DNA of 64,000 nucleotides from Laetmonice hystrix. Taxonomy: Eukaryota. A program made the translations under genes and the position numbers. The stretch is from assembly GCA_965235115.1 (NCBI GenBank), contig OZ249436.1:37326001-37390000 (forward strand). The letters are read 5' to 3'. Below the pieces are notes generated by a model that was not told the origin of the DNA, ran no database searches, and saw only the letters and a list, made by a program, of their open reading frames with translations. This document shows positions 35,618 to 49,508 of this stretch, piece after piece (the stretch's first letter is position 1; each line of letters opens with the position of its first letter).

Positions 35618-37334
35618 TGTTATTTGTGTTTTGCCATTGCATTCGTAGTCATTAATGAATGCAAGCATGTACACCACCTTTATAATATTATGTTGTTTTG
35701 ATTTCATTCCCAAATCTATACTTCTCATAAAATATCACGGCGATTATTCAGATCCGAACAAATAAAAATATTGAACCAAATACAAATTGAAACAATAATT
35801 ATCCATCTTGCAAAGCTAGCTTTCAATGGAACAGGTGGCCACCTCCACCATCAACAGAACGTACGAATCCTGTTCACTCTTCAAGATATTTATTCAATTC
35901 TGACTGCATCTATTTAACTTTAGTTTGTATACAGCTTTAACTTACCAGAGATGTGTAACAACACTAAAATGCACCTTTCATCCATATCCAGGCTGCGTTT
36001 TTTTAAAGTTCTACAGAAGCCAGAAACTTACCATATGATTTGGACATTGCTCCCCGCCGACATCATAAGTACAGATTTAATTAGCAGTTTGGAGCATGGA
36101 CTATTGGACGAGTCTATATATAGTCAATATGTATATAATTACATGACGGTTTGTCTAGATACACCCCGGGGTTATTGCGACTTTCCTTTTGTTAATATGA
36201 AAGATAATGAGTTTCCTGCTGCCTTATTGCTTCAATATACATTAATAACACGAAGACGGTTCGAACTATTTTTGACGTTGTATCAGAAACACACCGGTAA
36301 TATTATATTGGGCCAGTGATCCCAGAAAACCTGTTATTTCAAGTCACATACAGTACTATATCAAATACCTTTATCCTAATGTTACCAACATGTACAACGA
36401 TACTTTCTCCCGGCTGTATGTGTATTTTATAGTGATGTATTACTGGGGATGCTCATCTGGAACATTTTACGACCTTCCTGAAACGATCCATAGGGGCCAT
36501 AACCCCATATTTTTGTTAGTATAGGCTGTAGATGCACATACCCGTCCAATCCGTTAGATACATGAATATCACATCCCTACTACAAATCACGGTCCCTGTC
36601 GTGTTAGCCTACTATGGTTGTGGGAGAGAAGCTTTATCCCCTCTCCACCAACGACTGCCATGTAGTCTCAGTGAGATTCTCCGTTCAAGCATAGACCTGA
36701 AGTCTATGGTTCAAGCAATAGCAGTTGAACAGACATAGAATTAGGTCGGAATTCCGTCTCCTGATAGAAGACTTAGAATGGAACTGGTTTGTGTCCCATT
36801 GGCAGCAGGAACGAAGTATAAGATAGTGACTTCGTGTTGTTTACCATATATAGTATACGCTGCCGTATAGTAGTAGTTTACGTTGGCTGTGCAGATACAC
36901 AGTGGCATAATCCGATCGATATAATAAAAAAGACCAAGTCCGAACGTGTCGCTTTGAAGTTGCATTGCGGATGATGAATATATGACCTTGCCAGAGATCG
37001 ATTAGTAGCATTCTGAAAGGCTGTCAGAGAAGTAAAGTAAAGGGGAACTATTATACTGACGTGTCTATACACATTCAAATGCATACCTGTAACGATGAGT
37101 CACTGAATGAATTGGATGTGTGTGGGGGGGGGGGGGGGGTGGGGGTTACGCCAAATGAGGATGAACTGAAAACAAAAAACTGCAAACCAGAGTCGATCCC
37201 CTTGTCTTTTTTTAAAAAATACTTGGTAATGCGTGTTTTATCGCACAGACATTAGCGGCCATGCCAAAGCCTTTGCGACCCATTTGTAGAGCACTGGGGA
37301 GGGTCACACAGTGAGAGAAACGGTACTGGAAGGA

Positions 37335-37410
37335 TCCCCATTGGTCGCCTCTTACGAAAGGAGCCAGAGGTGGAGCCGAGGATCATTCTTTTCCCTGATA
37401 CCCACAGGGG
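37335..37410 (-). mobile_element. Fragment resembling an RTE-related/SINE 5' motif
   Basis: Minus strand cccctgtgggtatcaggg...cgtaagaggcgaccaatgggg; assignment from recalled similarity only. Confidence 0.3.
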
Positions 37411-38903
37411 TTGTCTTATTTAATTTAATGATGTTTCCGCTTATTCTTCAATACAATATGCATTTCTGAACCATTCGGTCTATTGGAATAATTTAATTGC
37501 TACTCCCGGTAACAAAGGCTATTCTGGTTTATGTCTATTATCATTTCTGTTACATTTCAATTCATTACATTTCAAAACCTCAAAATTTGCAAATTCGGCA
37601 TCTTTGTACTGAAAATATCATTTCCATATTGCACTTAAACACACCTTCACCCATAAACTGTTCTATTTTCAACACGCCATATTTGAAGGTGCATTATAGC
37701 AGTTGCATGCAAGAACGCAAGAGCAGTATTTTACGTGCATGCTACCCAATCTTACTAAGAATATCTCCATCGCGCTTAATTTTCTGCGGTTCAAAGCCTG
37801 CACTGTTCTACCATGAACACCAGCAGCCTCTTTCTGCCCTTCGCCTTAAGTGCACCAAAAACAAGGTCGAATATGACTGGCTTCAAGGGTGAAATGCTGA
37901 GGCAGTTGTTTCTTTCGACGTATTATTGTTGCAATCGTTTCCACTGAACTGTTAATACAATTGTATGTTGACCAACATCTCGCGAATTGAATAGGGGCAA
38001 CATAGATTATTTATTGCAATACAGATTGCAAAAACATTTATAGACCCGTAAGTTACTGCACTCCACTCAATCAGGCCGTTGTTCATAGAAAGTATACCAC
38101 TGGGGAGTCACTCTCTACTCCACCTTCCCTGGATGTCACAGTCCCCAGAATGGCTTCCCCACAGTTTCGTCGCGTTCATGTTGCCTTTTCACGCAGGGCT
38201 CGCAGATTAAGTGAGAGGGGCGAGTGAAGCATGTGCGAAGGTGTTGTTTGTTATCTTAAATCCCCTTGGTAACGGCGCGACAACTTCAGCGACAGCAAGG
38301 ACAGGATTACTATCCTCAACGCCCATTTCTAACACCGTAATTACTTCAAGCACTAGTGAATCCTTCCCTCTCCCGACTGTCTGAGGAAACTAATTATCAC
38401 TTCATACGAACGGCCTTTTACAACAAAAACCTTAGATTTAATATCGGATAGTGACAAGCATATTATGAGATTCCACGTTTATTCTGTTGGCGGCTCAACC
38501 CTTTAAACTTTATGTGTTGGCCAATAACAAGATGCGAAGCGAATAATCTTACTTTATAAGACCTTCTAGTCAGTATCAGGAATGCTGACAGTATGTAACG
38601 ATTCGTTAAAGAGGCACATCACATATATCATGAACCAATCTAAAAATACAACTCCTGTTTGGCCAATGAGTGTATGATTATACATTGGCATATTATTATT
38701 TTGTTCATAGTGGCTCCAACCCTGAGAAACAGATCCTTACTCCTTCCCAAGCAGTGAAGTAGGAACATAATTTTGATTACATTACTAGAATTAAGCAAGA
38801 CCAAAGATGCATGCCAACGTATTTATAACCATCATGGCTACGATAGAGGCAGTTATTTTGGAAGGTTGGTTTATACAAAATACTGTGCCGCTTTAAACAT
38901 TAA

Positions 38904-39243
38904 AGGTGCTATTCGTCTCGCAGAGAATGGCATTTCTCCTATCATACATTGTGCACATAGTACTAGAAAAAAATCCTACCGATACCATTGGCCTGATAAA
39001 CCTTCTATTAGTTTGTGTGCAGCATTTGAAACCTATCTCGGTGCGCACCGAGATAGAGCCATTTCCTATGGTGGGGCGTGCCAGGGTCTCCACAGGCCTT
39101 CTGAGAGAGCCACATTTGTGCCGTTATCCATGAAAAATTTTGGTTTCCTTTGTTGTGAATCTATTTCCATGATAGGTGGGATCACATAAACGTCAACAAA
39201 ATTAAAAATAAAAAAATTGAACTTTTGTTCACGAATAGCACCT
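38904..39243. mobile_element. Kolobok-like MITE with TTAA TSD
   Basis: TTAA-aggtgctattcgt ... acgaatagcacct-TTAA (perfect 13-bp TIR). Confidence 0.82.
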
Positions 39244-40584
39244 TTAAAATACTCGTTCTCTGCTTGTGAGATTCGGCGTCTCGGGCAAATTGAGAAAGGA
39301 CGACGTCAAATTGAGAAAGACAGACCTGTGTGACCAACTGGTGATGGATAGGTCGTCTCAGTTACGTACAAAACATTAATCCTAACCCACGTAAGGGGTC
39401 CTCATGGTCAATCATATTTGGCCATCACCCGTCCCTGGCCTGTTGTTAATTTCTCGACCTATTCTGTAGTATTGATTCCATATTATCCTCCTGCATCAGT
39501 GAGCAATTACTTTCTCTAAATCACATAAATTACATTTCTGTAATTGTGACATAAATTATTGTCTTTCTTCGATTTCTGCTGGTGGCAGAACTTTAAGTTC
39601 CTTATCGATCACCATCGGAGACGTCAACAAGTACGTCAAAACGTTTCTTTCATAAATTATGAAGAACCAACAGAGATACCTGTTGAAATATATCGGATCT
39701 CTAATTTTTACAAGGAGCGTTCATGTAGACGTAGAGGTTGTGATTAATTAAAGATTGTATCGCACGAATTTCAAGTCATACATCTTATTTCAGTCACTGA
39801 AAATGACCTACATGGCTTTCGAAGCAAATTAGAAGCTCTTCTGTCAGTATTCGCAATATACATGAATAGATTTCACAGCTGTCTACCCGTATATGTATCA
39901 ACAGAATGAAAAACATTCAGTGCCATAAAGTACGACAGTGGGGAGTAGTTGAGCATATTAAATATACATGAGGTCACCGACCTCCAAAGGGGGTCATCTT
40001 CGCTGGACACATTTCTGATGCGAGTACATAACATTCCATACACGCTCCTGATAACATGGGCGAAAGGCGCAGTTGCTAACTTAATGCTAACAAAAACATG
40101 TCATTCAATCCATTAATCTAAATAAACGAGGCATATAAACATAATGTAGCATCTATGGTGATTTTCTTCGGTGATCTTGTCGGCTTGAGCGGAATGTATG
40201 TGCCTGGTATATCTCATCATAAACTATACAAAATGGATATTATTCGGAAAAAATTACATGAAATGGCACATGGAGTAAATATATTAATAAACAACTTTAA
40301 TTGCAAAGATGTGCCCTTTGAGGGAAAAAAATCACAATGCTGTTCCACATGGTTCACATAGGAAAAATGGCTCCCCCCAGCCCTCCCTCCCCCCTACACC
40401 CCCCCCCCCCCCACACACACACACACCCCCACACACCACCACCACCTCGCTTGTAGGGGTGTAACTCGAGGACCTTTGAGACTTTTGAGGGGAAATTTCA
40501 GAAATATTCTTCAGATACATAGATCTACAGGCTAAATTAGAGGAGGAAAAGCGGAGTCGGTCACCTGGGAAGATTTCAAAATCT

Positions 40585-43500
40585 AGACTGGCCGTCATCC
40601 CAAATTACAGACTGGCCGTCATCCCAAGGTACAGGCTGGCCGTCATCCCAAGGTACAGACTGGCCGTCATCCAAAGGTACAGACTGGCCGTCATCCCAAG
40701 GTACAGACTGGCCGTCATCCCAAGGTACAGACTGGCCGTCATCCTAAGGTACAGACTGGCCGTCATCCCAAGGTACAGACTGGCCGTCATCCCAAGGTAC
40801 AGACTGGCCGTCATCCCAAGGTACGACTGGCCATCATCCCAAGGTACAGACTGGCCGTCATCCCAAGGTACAGACTGGCCGTCATCCCAAGGTACAGACT
40901 GGCCGTCATCCAAGGTACAGACTGGCCGTCATCCCAAGGTACAGACTGGCCGTCATCCTAAGGTACAGACTGGCCGTCATCACAAGGTACAGACTGGCCG
41001 TCATCCCAAGGTACAGACTGGCCGTCATCCCAAGGTACGACTGGCCATCATCCCAAGGTACAGACTGGCTGTCATCCCAAGGTACAGACTGGCCGTCATC
41101 CCAAGGTACAGACTGGCCGTCATCCAAGGTACAGACTGGCCTCATCCCAAGGTACAGACTGGCCGTCATCCCAAGGTACAGGCTGACCGTCATCCCAAGG
41201 TACAAATTGGCCGTCATCCCAAGGTACAGACTGGCCGTCATCCCAAGGTACAGACTAGCCGTCATCCCAAGGTACGACTGGCCGTCATCCCAAGGTACAG
41301 ACTGGCCGTCATCCCAAGGTACAGACTGGCCGTCATCCCAAGGTACGACTGGCCGTCATCCCAAGGTACAGACTGGCTGTCATCTCAAGGTACAGACTGG
41401 CCGTCATCCCAAGGTACAGGCTGACCGTCATCCCAAGGTACAGGCTGGCCGTCATCCCAAGGTACAGACTGGCTGTCATCCCAAGGTACGACTGGCCGTC
41501 ATCCCAAGGTACAGACTGGCTGTCATCTCAAGGTACAGACTGGCCGTCATCCCAAGGTACAGACTGGCTGTCATCCAGAGGTACGACTGGCTGTCATCCC
41601 AAGGTACAGACTGGCCTTCATCACAAGGTACAGACGGGCTGTCATCCCAAGGTACAGACTGGCCGTCATCCCAAGGTACGACTGGCCGTCATCCCAAGGT
41701 ACGACTGGCCGTCATCCCAAGGTACGACTGGCCGTCATCCCAAGGTACAGACTGGCCGTCATCCCAAGGTACGACTGGCCGTCATCCCAAGGTACAGACT
41801 GGCTGTCATCCCAAGGTACAGACTAGCCGTCATCCCAAGGTACGACTGGCCGCCATCCCAAGGTACAGACTGGCCGTCATCCCAAGGTACAGACTGGCCG
41901 TCATCCCAAGGTACAGACTGGCCGTCATCCCACGGTACAGACTGGCCGTCATCCCAAGGTACAGACTGGCCGTCATCCCAAGGTACGACTGGCCGTCATC
42001 CCAAGGTACAGACTGGCTGTCATCCCAAGGTACAGACTAGCCGTCATCCCAAGGTACGACTGGCCGCCATCCCAAGGTACAGACTGGCCGTCATCCCAAG
42101 GTACAGACTGGCCGTCATCCAAAGGTACAGACTGGCCGTCATCACAAGGTACAGACTGGTTGTCATCCCAAGGTACAGACTGGCTGACATCCCAAGGTAC
42201 AGACTGGCCGCCATCCCAAGGTACAGACTGGCCGCCATCCCAGGGTACAGACTGGCCGTCATCCCAAGGTACCACTGGCCGCCATCCCAAGGTACAGACT
42301 GGCCGTCATCCCAAGGTACGACTGGCCGTCATCCCAAGGTACAGACTGGCCGTCATCCCAAGGTACAGACTGGCCGCCATCCCAAGGTACAGACTGGCCG
42401 CCATCCCAAGGTACGACTGGCCGCCATCCCAAGGTACAGACTGGCCGCCATCCCAAGGTACAGACTGGCCGTCATCCCAAGGTAAAGACTGGCCGTCATC
42501 CCAAGGTACAGACTGGCCGTCATCCCAAGGTACAGACTGGCCGCCATCCCAAGGTACGACTGGCCGCCATCCCAAGGTACAGACTGGCCGCCATCCCAAG
42601 GTACAGACTGGCCGTCATCCCAAGGTACAGACTGGCCGTCATCCCAAGGTACAGACTGGCCGTCATCCCAAGGTACAGACTGGCCGTCATCCCAAGGTAC
42701 AGACTGGCTGTCATCCCAAGGTACAGACTAGCCGTCATCCCAAGGTACGACTGGCCGCCATCCCAAGGTACAGACTGGCCGTCATCCCAAGGTACAGACT
42801 GGCCGTCATCCAAAGGTACAGACTGGCCGTCATCACAAGGTACAGACTGGTTGTCATCCCAAGGTACAGACTGGCTGACATCCCAAGGTACAGACTGGCC
42901 GCCATCCCAAGGTACAGACTGGCCGCCATCCCAGGGTACAGACTGGCCGTCATCCCAAGGTACCACTGGCCGCCATCCCAAGGTACAGACTGGCCGTCAT
43001 CCCAAGGTACGACTGGCCGTCATCCCAAGGTACAGACTGGCCGTCATCCCAAGGTACAGACTGGCCGTCATCCCAAGGTACAGACTGGCCGCCATCCCAA
43101 GGTACAGACTGGCCGCCATCCCAAGGTACGACTGGCCGCCATCCCAAGGTACAGACTGGCCGCCATCCCAAGGTACAGACTGGCCGCCATCCCAAGGTAC
43201 AGACTGGCTGTCATCCCAAGGTACAGACTGGCCGTCATCCCAAGGTACAGACTGGCCGTCATCCCAAGGTACAGACTGGCCGCCATCCCAAGGTACGACT
43301 GGCCGCCATCCCAAGGTACAGACTGGCCGCCATCCCAAGGTACAGACTGGCCGTCATCCCAAGGTACAGACTGGCCGTCATCCCAAGGTACAGACTGGCC
43401 GTCATCCCAAGGTACAGACTGGCCGTCATCCCAAGGTACAGACTGGCCGCCATCCCAAGGTACGACTGGCCGCCATCCCAAGGTACAGACTGGCCGCCAT

Positions 43501-43942
43501 CCCAAGGTACAGACTGGCCGCCATCCCAAGGTACAGACTGGCCGCCATCCCAAGGTACAGACTGACCGTCATCCCAAGGTACAGACTGCATGCTGTCATC
43601 CCAAGGTACAGACTGGCTGTCATCCCAAGGTACAGACTGGCCGTCATCCCAAGGTACGACTGGCCGTCATCCCAAGATACAGACTGGCCGTCATCCCAAG
43701 GTACAGACTGGCCGTCATCCCAAGGTACAGACTGGCTGTCATCCCAAGGTACAGACTGGCCGTCATCCCAAGGTACGACTGGCCGTCATCCCAAGGTACG
43801 ACTGGCCGCCATCCCAAGGTACAGACTGACCGTCATCCCAAGGTACAGACTGCATGCTGTCATCCCAAGGTACAGACTGGCCGTCATCCCAAGGTACAGA
43901 CTGGCCGTCATCCCAAGGTACAGACTGGCTGTCATCCCAAGG
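40585..43942. repeat. 24-bp minisatellite, ~140 units
   Basis: Unit agactggccgtcatcccaaggtac with frequent 23-bp (ggtacgact) and gccgcc/gctgtc variants. Confidence 0.98.
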
Positions 43943-45013
43943 ACCCCAAGCATGATCATCGCCATCAAGCGGACTCGTGCTCAATCTGTGAACCGGCTCT
44001 TATTATTTCAGCGACATTTTCCCCGTTTTTGTTGTGGATGATTAGGTGTTCCGTGTTTGTCATTTATTGCATTTACTTAGAATTATAAGCAAGTGACGTG
44101 AGGATACAATGAATGACCGGGAATGCCTCTGAACTAATAAACGGCGTCTCTCGATTAGAGATGAAATTAATAAATCTGTTCTGCTCTAAACACAATAACT
44201 GTGACATTCAGAATCGCCCCCCCCCCCCGACCGCTGTACATGTGGCGCGAATGGATTCAATCAGCTATTTGTCTTAGGAGACATGTTTTTGCCAAGTGGC
44301 ACTGGAAACCACGCGTGGTCTACTAACGCCATCCAGTGCCGTATTCCAAAAGCGAAGCTGATTAAGTACATCCTTTCTATACTATCTAACACTTTCCTAT
44401 ACTGTTGAATCATCTGGGATTCAAAGTCCATGAAAGATTTCCACATCTACTACAGTCCAGACACACATATTGGAGCACTGCAACTTTGTGGTGGCGGTGT
44501 TATGCCATTACATACCAATGTCATTGTGTGGATAGAAATGAAAGCTTTGTTTGTGACATAATAATTATATGGTGGAGCTTCACGCCTCCGCCGATGACCT
44601 CAATCCGAGAAGGTTACTTTCTATGTAATTACGGATTCGGCAGAAAGATGACGGTTGACGTCCATAGTCCACCGTCAGCTAGTTATAATTATCATGTTTT
44701 CTGGCGGCCCAGTAATCGTAATGTATTGTACGTACAAATGGCTTCCTTTGTGTCTGGACCTTGGCAGTAATATCATTCCTAGATATTGATCCGGAGCCTC
44801 GATCTGAAGATTTCCTAGTTAATTCTCCGCCAGGTGGCATTGCCATCCCCCTAGGTAGCATTACTATCGCAACTTAAGCACCTTCTCAAATATAATAAAT
44901 CCCATTATTACATAATGTCTTATTTAACATTTCTGAAAAAAAAAAAACATGGGAAAATCGTGCCAACTTGTAGGCCCTACTAGATTCCTTTGTCTCAGTG
45001 CCATACACCCCTG

Positions 45014-45189
45014 GCCCTGGTTTTTAGTTCGTCATTTTACCAATCTTAAGACTGGAATTTTAAGACTGACTTGTGTTATGGTCTCTCATTGGCTGACTTC
45101 ATTTGAAGGACCAATCAGAAGCTCCGAAACAAGGATTCAATCTTAAGATTTGAATCTTAAGACTCAGTTTCCAAACTAAAAACCGGGCC
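45014..45189. mobile_element. Harbinger-like palindromic MITE (CWG flanks)
   Basis: ctg-gccctggtttttagtt ... aactaaaaaccgggcc-cag; internal tcttaaga palindromes and ccaatcag. Confidence 0.7.
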
Positions 45190-45226
45190 CAGGGGTGCGT
45201 TTCATACACCAAAAGCATCCTCCCAC

Positions 45227-45453
45227 CTCGGGGTTGAACCGCTTCCAGTGACCCCACCCCAACCCCCCACCCCACCCCACGACTGCCCGCCTATTCTCAG
45301 AAGCGCGTATTCGCAGCGCCATCTGTTTTCAACCTACTTTCAGTACCCGCAAGTAAACCGGAAGCAGTCAAGATCAACTTCCGGCCGTTTAGCCTGGGCT
45401 GAGCTCAAGGGGTAGAATGCGGGATGCGGGATACCCCTTGACAACTCGAGATG
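45227..45453 (-). repeat. Compact copy of a dispersed repeat found inverted and split at 7.5-9.5 kb
   Basis: 45372-45453 matches the reverse complement of 7518-7598; 45310-45353 that of 8133-8195; 45227-45295 that of 9445-9496. Confidence 0.75.
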
Positions 45454-47635
45454 CACCAAAAGGTGTCTAATACCATAGCAACATAATGTTGCTGGCCTTT
45501 GCTGGCGTCTGGTGTTTCACTAGAGAGCCTACATGCATTCATTTAACACTGCCGATGCAAGGACATAATCTTCCCCGAAACCTCTATGTCAACATCTTTA
45601 CTTTAGTGGCAGGCTCATTCGTAAATTGCTATAATCTGTGGGGAAGGCTGGGGATAGGGGAAAATGCCCAAGGGCGAGATGTCCGAGGGGGGATTTCCCC
45701 GGGTATACATTCAAGGCAGGAAGATGCTCAAAGGGCAAGATAATGCCTTCATTAGCTCGCCAATTCTGGGCCCAGCAAGCGGCCCTGTCTGGCTACCCCA
45801 ACGTAAAAGAAACGTATAGAGGCGTAGTTCAGACACGGAATCAGCACATACAGTCAGGGAGGCGGCTGCCGGATACTGGTGGGACAGGGGGAGTAGGGCA
45901 GACAAGCAGACGAAGTCAGCGGGAGAATGTCTCTATATTTGATTATTCTTTTATTAAAGATCAAACCATCACAGGATTGTAGGTAGGAACACGCTTGTTC
46001 ATGCTGAACACCCTTATATTGACATTTTGAACTTTTTCAGGACCTTTAAAACTATACCTCCAATGCGAACTCACCGCTGTGTACAATTCGTCGTGAATCA
46101 TGCTGTTTGATCAAATTGGTGTAATCCTTCTCATCAAATCGCTCCACTGCTCACTTTTTTTCTTTTTATCCCATATATTTAATAAATCAGACGTTTGAAA
46201 ATGCGAACCGAGCAGTTTGATTTTCGTTGCTGCAATGTTGTTAGTCCTAATGCGCATACGCACTGAAGGCCAGTAGGGGAGCATATCATCACTCAAGGAG
46301 CCAAGCACTCCTCCATTATGGCCCGAGATCCAGGCGCCCTTCTCAGATAATAGCTGCTCCCCTCGTTTATTTAAAATGGCCGCCGGCCGTGACGATATTG
46401 GAGTGCCCGCTTGGTTTGAAAAATCATCTGAATCTGCTTTGTAGAAGGACCTGAGCTAAATTCATTGGACTCAATGGCTGAAGGTGAAGGCAAAATTCCA
46501 TTTGAAATGATTGGCTATATGCGCTATACCATCCCATTCTGCGCGTTTTACAATTTTCTCATTTGTGTAGCTTTGGCAATAGGCCGAGTATTACGAGGCC
46601 TATCACAGAGGCAATCCCGCGCTAGGCCGGATGTCGCCGATCTATGAACTACTTTGCGCACTACGCGATTTGTGATGTGCCGGCACCCGTGGAGTCTACC
46701 AAATATCTCTACATCTTGCGAGGGCTGAGACTACAACAGTAGCGAATCGACCGGAAGTCGAGGTTTTCCGAGTGGGAATCATCACTAGGCAGAGGGTTAT
46801 AACTTGAGGTCTGTAGATCGCTCCGTTAAAGCGAGGGTCTCGTCCTTCAGCATTGTGCGATAAGGGGTCCACCCTAACGATAGATGTGCTATTTATAGAT
46901 GTCAGTTCCTATGCTACAGCATAGGATGGACGTGAAATAGGTCACTAGGCCAAGGTGGTTGCGAGCAAGGTCTAACGGACGAGACTGCTGCTTTAACTGA
47001 CTCGCCTGTCCTCGGAGGCAATGCGGTGAGCAATTCCGCAAGGTTGGCAGTAGTTCGAAGGTAGCCTTTCATTTTTAACCACTGAACCTAAAAAAGCGCT
47101 AAAATGGTTGGTGCTGCGTTAAGCATAATGTGTAGTAGAGGAATTAGAAAGTAACTCCACGCGGCCTACTTGGGTATTCGCGAATTCCATTCGCAACCCC
47201 CGAAAGCGTCAAAATAACGACAGGGAAAATACAGAAAAGGAGTTATAACCTCAGCCCCCCCCCCCTCTGTGCCCCGCCCACAAGGCCGGGTAAAGGTCAG
47301 ACAGGTCAATGTGTGACCTAGCATCGAACATTGATTGGCCCTGCAGGCGCGTGTGCAGCATGACACTATAGCTCTATGTGTGTCGTCATAGTGCCACAGG
47401 TCGAGGTTCTACGGTAAGAGACCTTATCACAGCGTTCAGGTTCAAGGTTATAATCTTGGCCAAGCTGAAGGTCGGTCAGAGAAATCAGTGTCCTTGTGTG
47501 ACCTTGTGTGACCTTGTGTTCGAGTCACCAAGTGCGACTTATCTAAGCAGGGCAAAAAGAGGTAGAACGTATTGGTTTCTTTCATCATTATTATCATAAC
47601 TGTGATGTTGATGGTCTAAATGGATCGTTGTAATG

Positions 47636-48008
47636 CAGGGTTCCCAGCTTTTTCTGAACATCAAATTCCCTGAGTTTTCCCTGAGAATTCGCTGAGAAAT
47701 TTCGAAAATTCCATGAGAAATATTTTGTGTTTTATAGGTAGCATAACCGATGGTCTGGAGAGGTGTATTCTTCGCACTCTATGAACACTAAAAAGCCACG
47801 ATACTAATTAGTCAATGGATACAAGTTCGGACACACTAAAGATGGGCCCACCAAATTGAATACCTTTCCCATCTGGGTCACTGTCAAATTCCCCGAGTTT
47901 TCCTTAATTTTATAAGTTTTTCCCTAATTCCCTGAGTTTTTCCTGACTGGAAAAATGGAACTCCAATTTCAAGATTTTCCCTGATTTCCAGAGTGGCTGG
48001 GAATCCTG
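47636..48008. mobile_element. hAT-like MITE with ttccctga subterminal repeats
   Basis: TIRs cagggttcccagc / gctgggaatcctg; no TSD recognisable. Confidence 0.7.
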
Positions 48009-49119
48009 TATATCCTACATTCTTAAAATTATTTTCTCATTATACCATATATGTATTTTTTAACCTCTTTAGAATGCATTTCGCTACAGGTACTTTCTGC
48101 ACCATGAAGGCGCATTTCGCTGTAGTTGGGGGAGATGTCATGCTAAGTATTCATAGCATTTAGCACCAGATGGTGAGCAATGGTCGACGAGGTAGAGACA
48201 TGAACTTGGGAGATCTAAAAAATATAGTGGTATATTATATATGGCTTGATGAGACCACTCTTCCCTGCAGAGATTCTTCCCTGCAGAGATTGTTCCAGTC
48301 AACCTCTGCACGCCAGAACATTAACAATACCATACACTAGAACTATGGAGACAAATCAGTGTCATTATGATTTATACATTGAATGTGCTCGCTATAGTTA
48401 TGTACATTACCTTGCATAACGTAAGAGTATTCAGCCTTTCTCGCAGTATGATGCATTGTTACTTTAGTGAATCAATAATGTGATAAACTTACAATCTAAT
48501 AATATTCTTTCCTCTCGAATCATCGCAGGCCTACTCGACAACAAAACTCTATGACATTCCAAATCTGCCAGGCCATTATTCCTTTAAATCCGACGGGTGT
48601 CTCTATAGTGCCGTTAGAATGTCATTATGATCTGCTTTAAAAGAAGGTTGCGTTTAGAGACCTAGAATACAATGAAGTAAATAGGCGCCGGAAACGATTC
48701 AGTAAAATTCTGTGCGACGAAGGCATTGCTAATAGTTACGTCATCATCCGCCATTCGAAGTTTTGTCCATCGAATATTTTGGCTGTTTTGCCACAAGTTC
48801 TGGCTTATGTTTGTCAGTAGCGGATCCAGAGGATGATAGTTAGTCAGACCCTCATTTGTGCCTTTTTCTCCCGAATTGACCATGTATGTTTGGACACACA
48901 TCCTTTGCCAGGTTTTGAAAACCTTAACACCTTTCCAATATGGATCCGCCGAGGGGGGACTGTTTCGTGTGCTTGAGGGAGACTGTGATAGGCCTTACAA
49001 TGTCATGTTATTAATTCCGTGTGATTTATTCGGTTTGTGACGTAATAATATGATCTAGAATGGAAAATATTCACCGCTTCAAAATGGCTCGAAAATTATC
49101 TATATCAAAAGAATGGAAG

Positions 49120-49508
49120 ATAAATATCCTAGGTCCCAGATCCTGGGTCACATAAATATCCTAGGTCCCAGATCCTGGGTCACATAAATACCTATAGGTC
49201 CCAGATGCTGGGTCACATAAATCTACAGTGATTTGGAAAAACCTAGTAAGTCGAGTTTTTGTCCAATTTGAGGTAGTCTCATTTTTGGACTTATTAGGTT
49301 TTGCCCTTTCATATAGTCCTATACAAGTGATCAGAACTCTACGCAATTCATAGTTTTTGACCTGGAAAACCCTAGCGTTTGCATGCACCTCAACGGGAGG
49401 AACGGTTCGTTTGTCCCAGTTTTCTCAAAAAGAGGCAAAGTGGACTTGCTAGGTTTTTACAGATCACTGTAGAAATATCCTAGATCCCATATCCTGGGTC
49501 ACATAAAT
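49120..49508. repeat. ~32-bp minisatellite (4 units) split by a MITE
   Basis: ataaatatcctaggtcccagatcctgggtcac three times (49120-49222) plus one unit at ~49473-49508. Confidence 0.85.
49226..49469. mobile_element. Tc1/mariner-type MITE with CAGT termini and TA TSD
   Basis: TA-cagtgatttggaaaaacctagtaagtc ... gacttgctaggtttttacagatcactg-TA. Confidence 0.85.

Noticed and set aside
40585..40610. actggccgtc resembles the M13/lacZ primer site
   Set aside because: Only a 10-bp match, no other vector sequence
40605..44088. Many long ORFs (up to 642 aa) on both strands
   Set aside because: Artefacts of a stop-free 24-bp repeat; 23-bp units shift frame constantly
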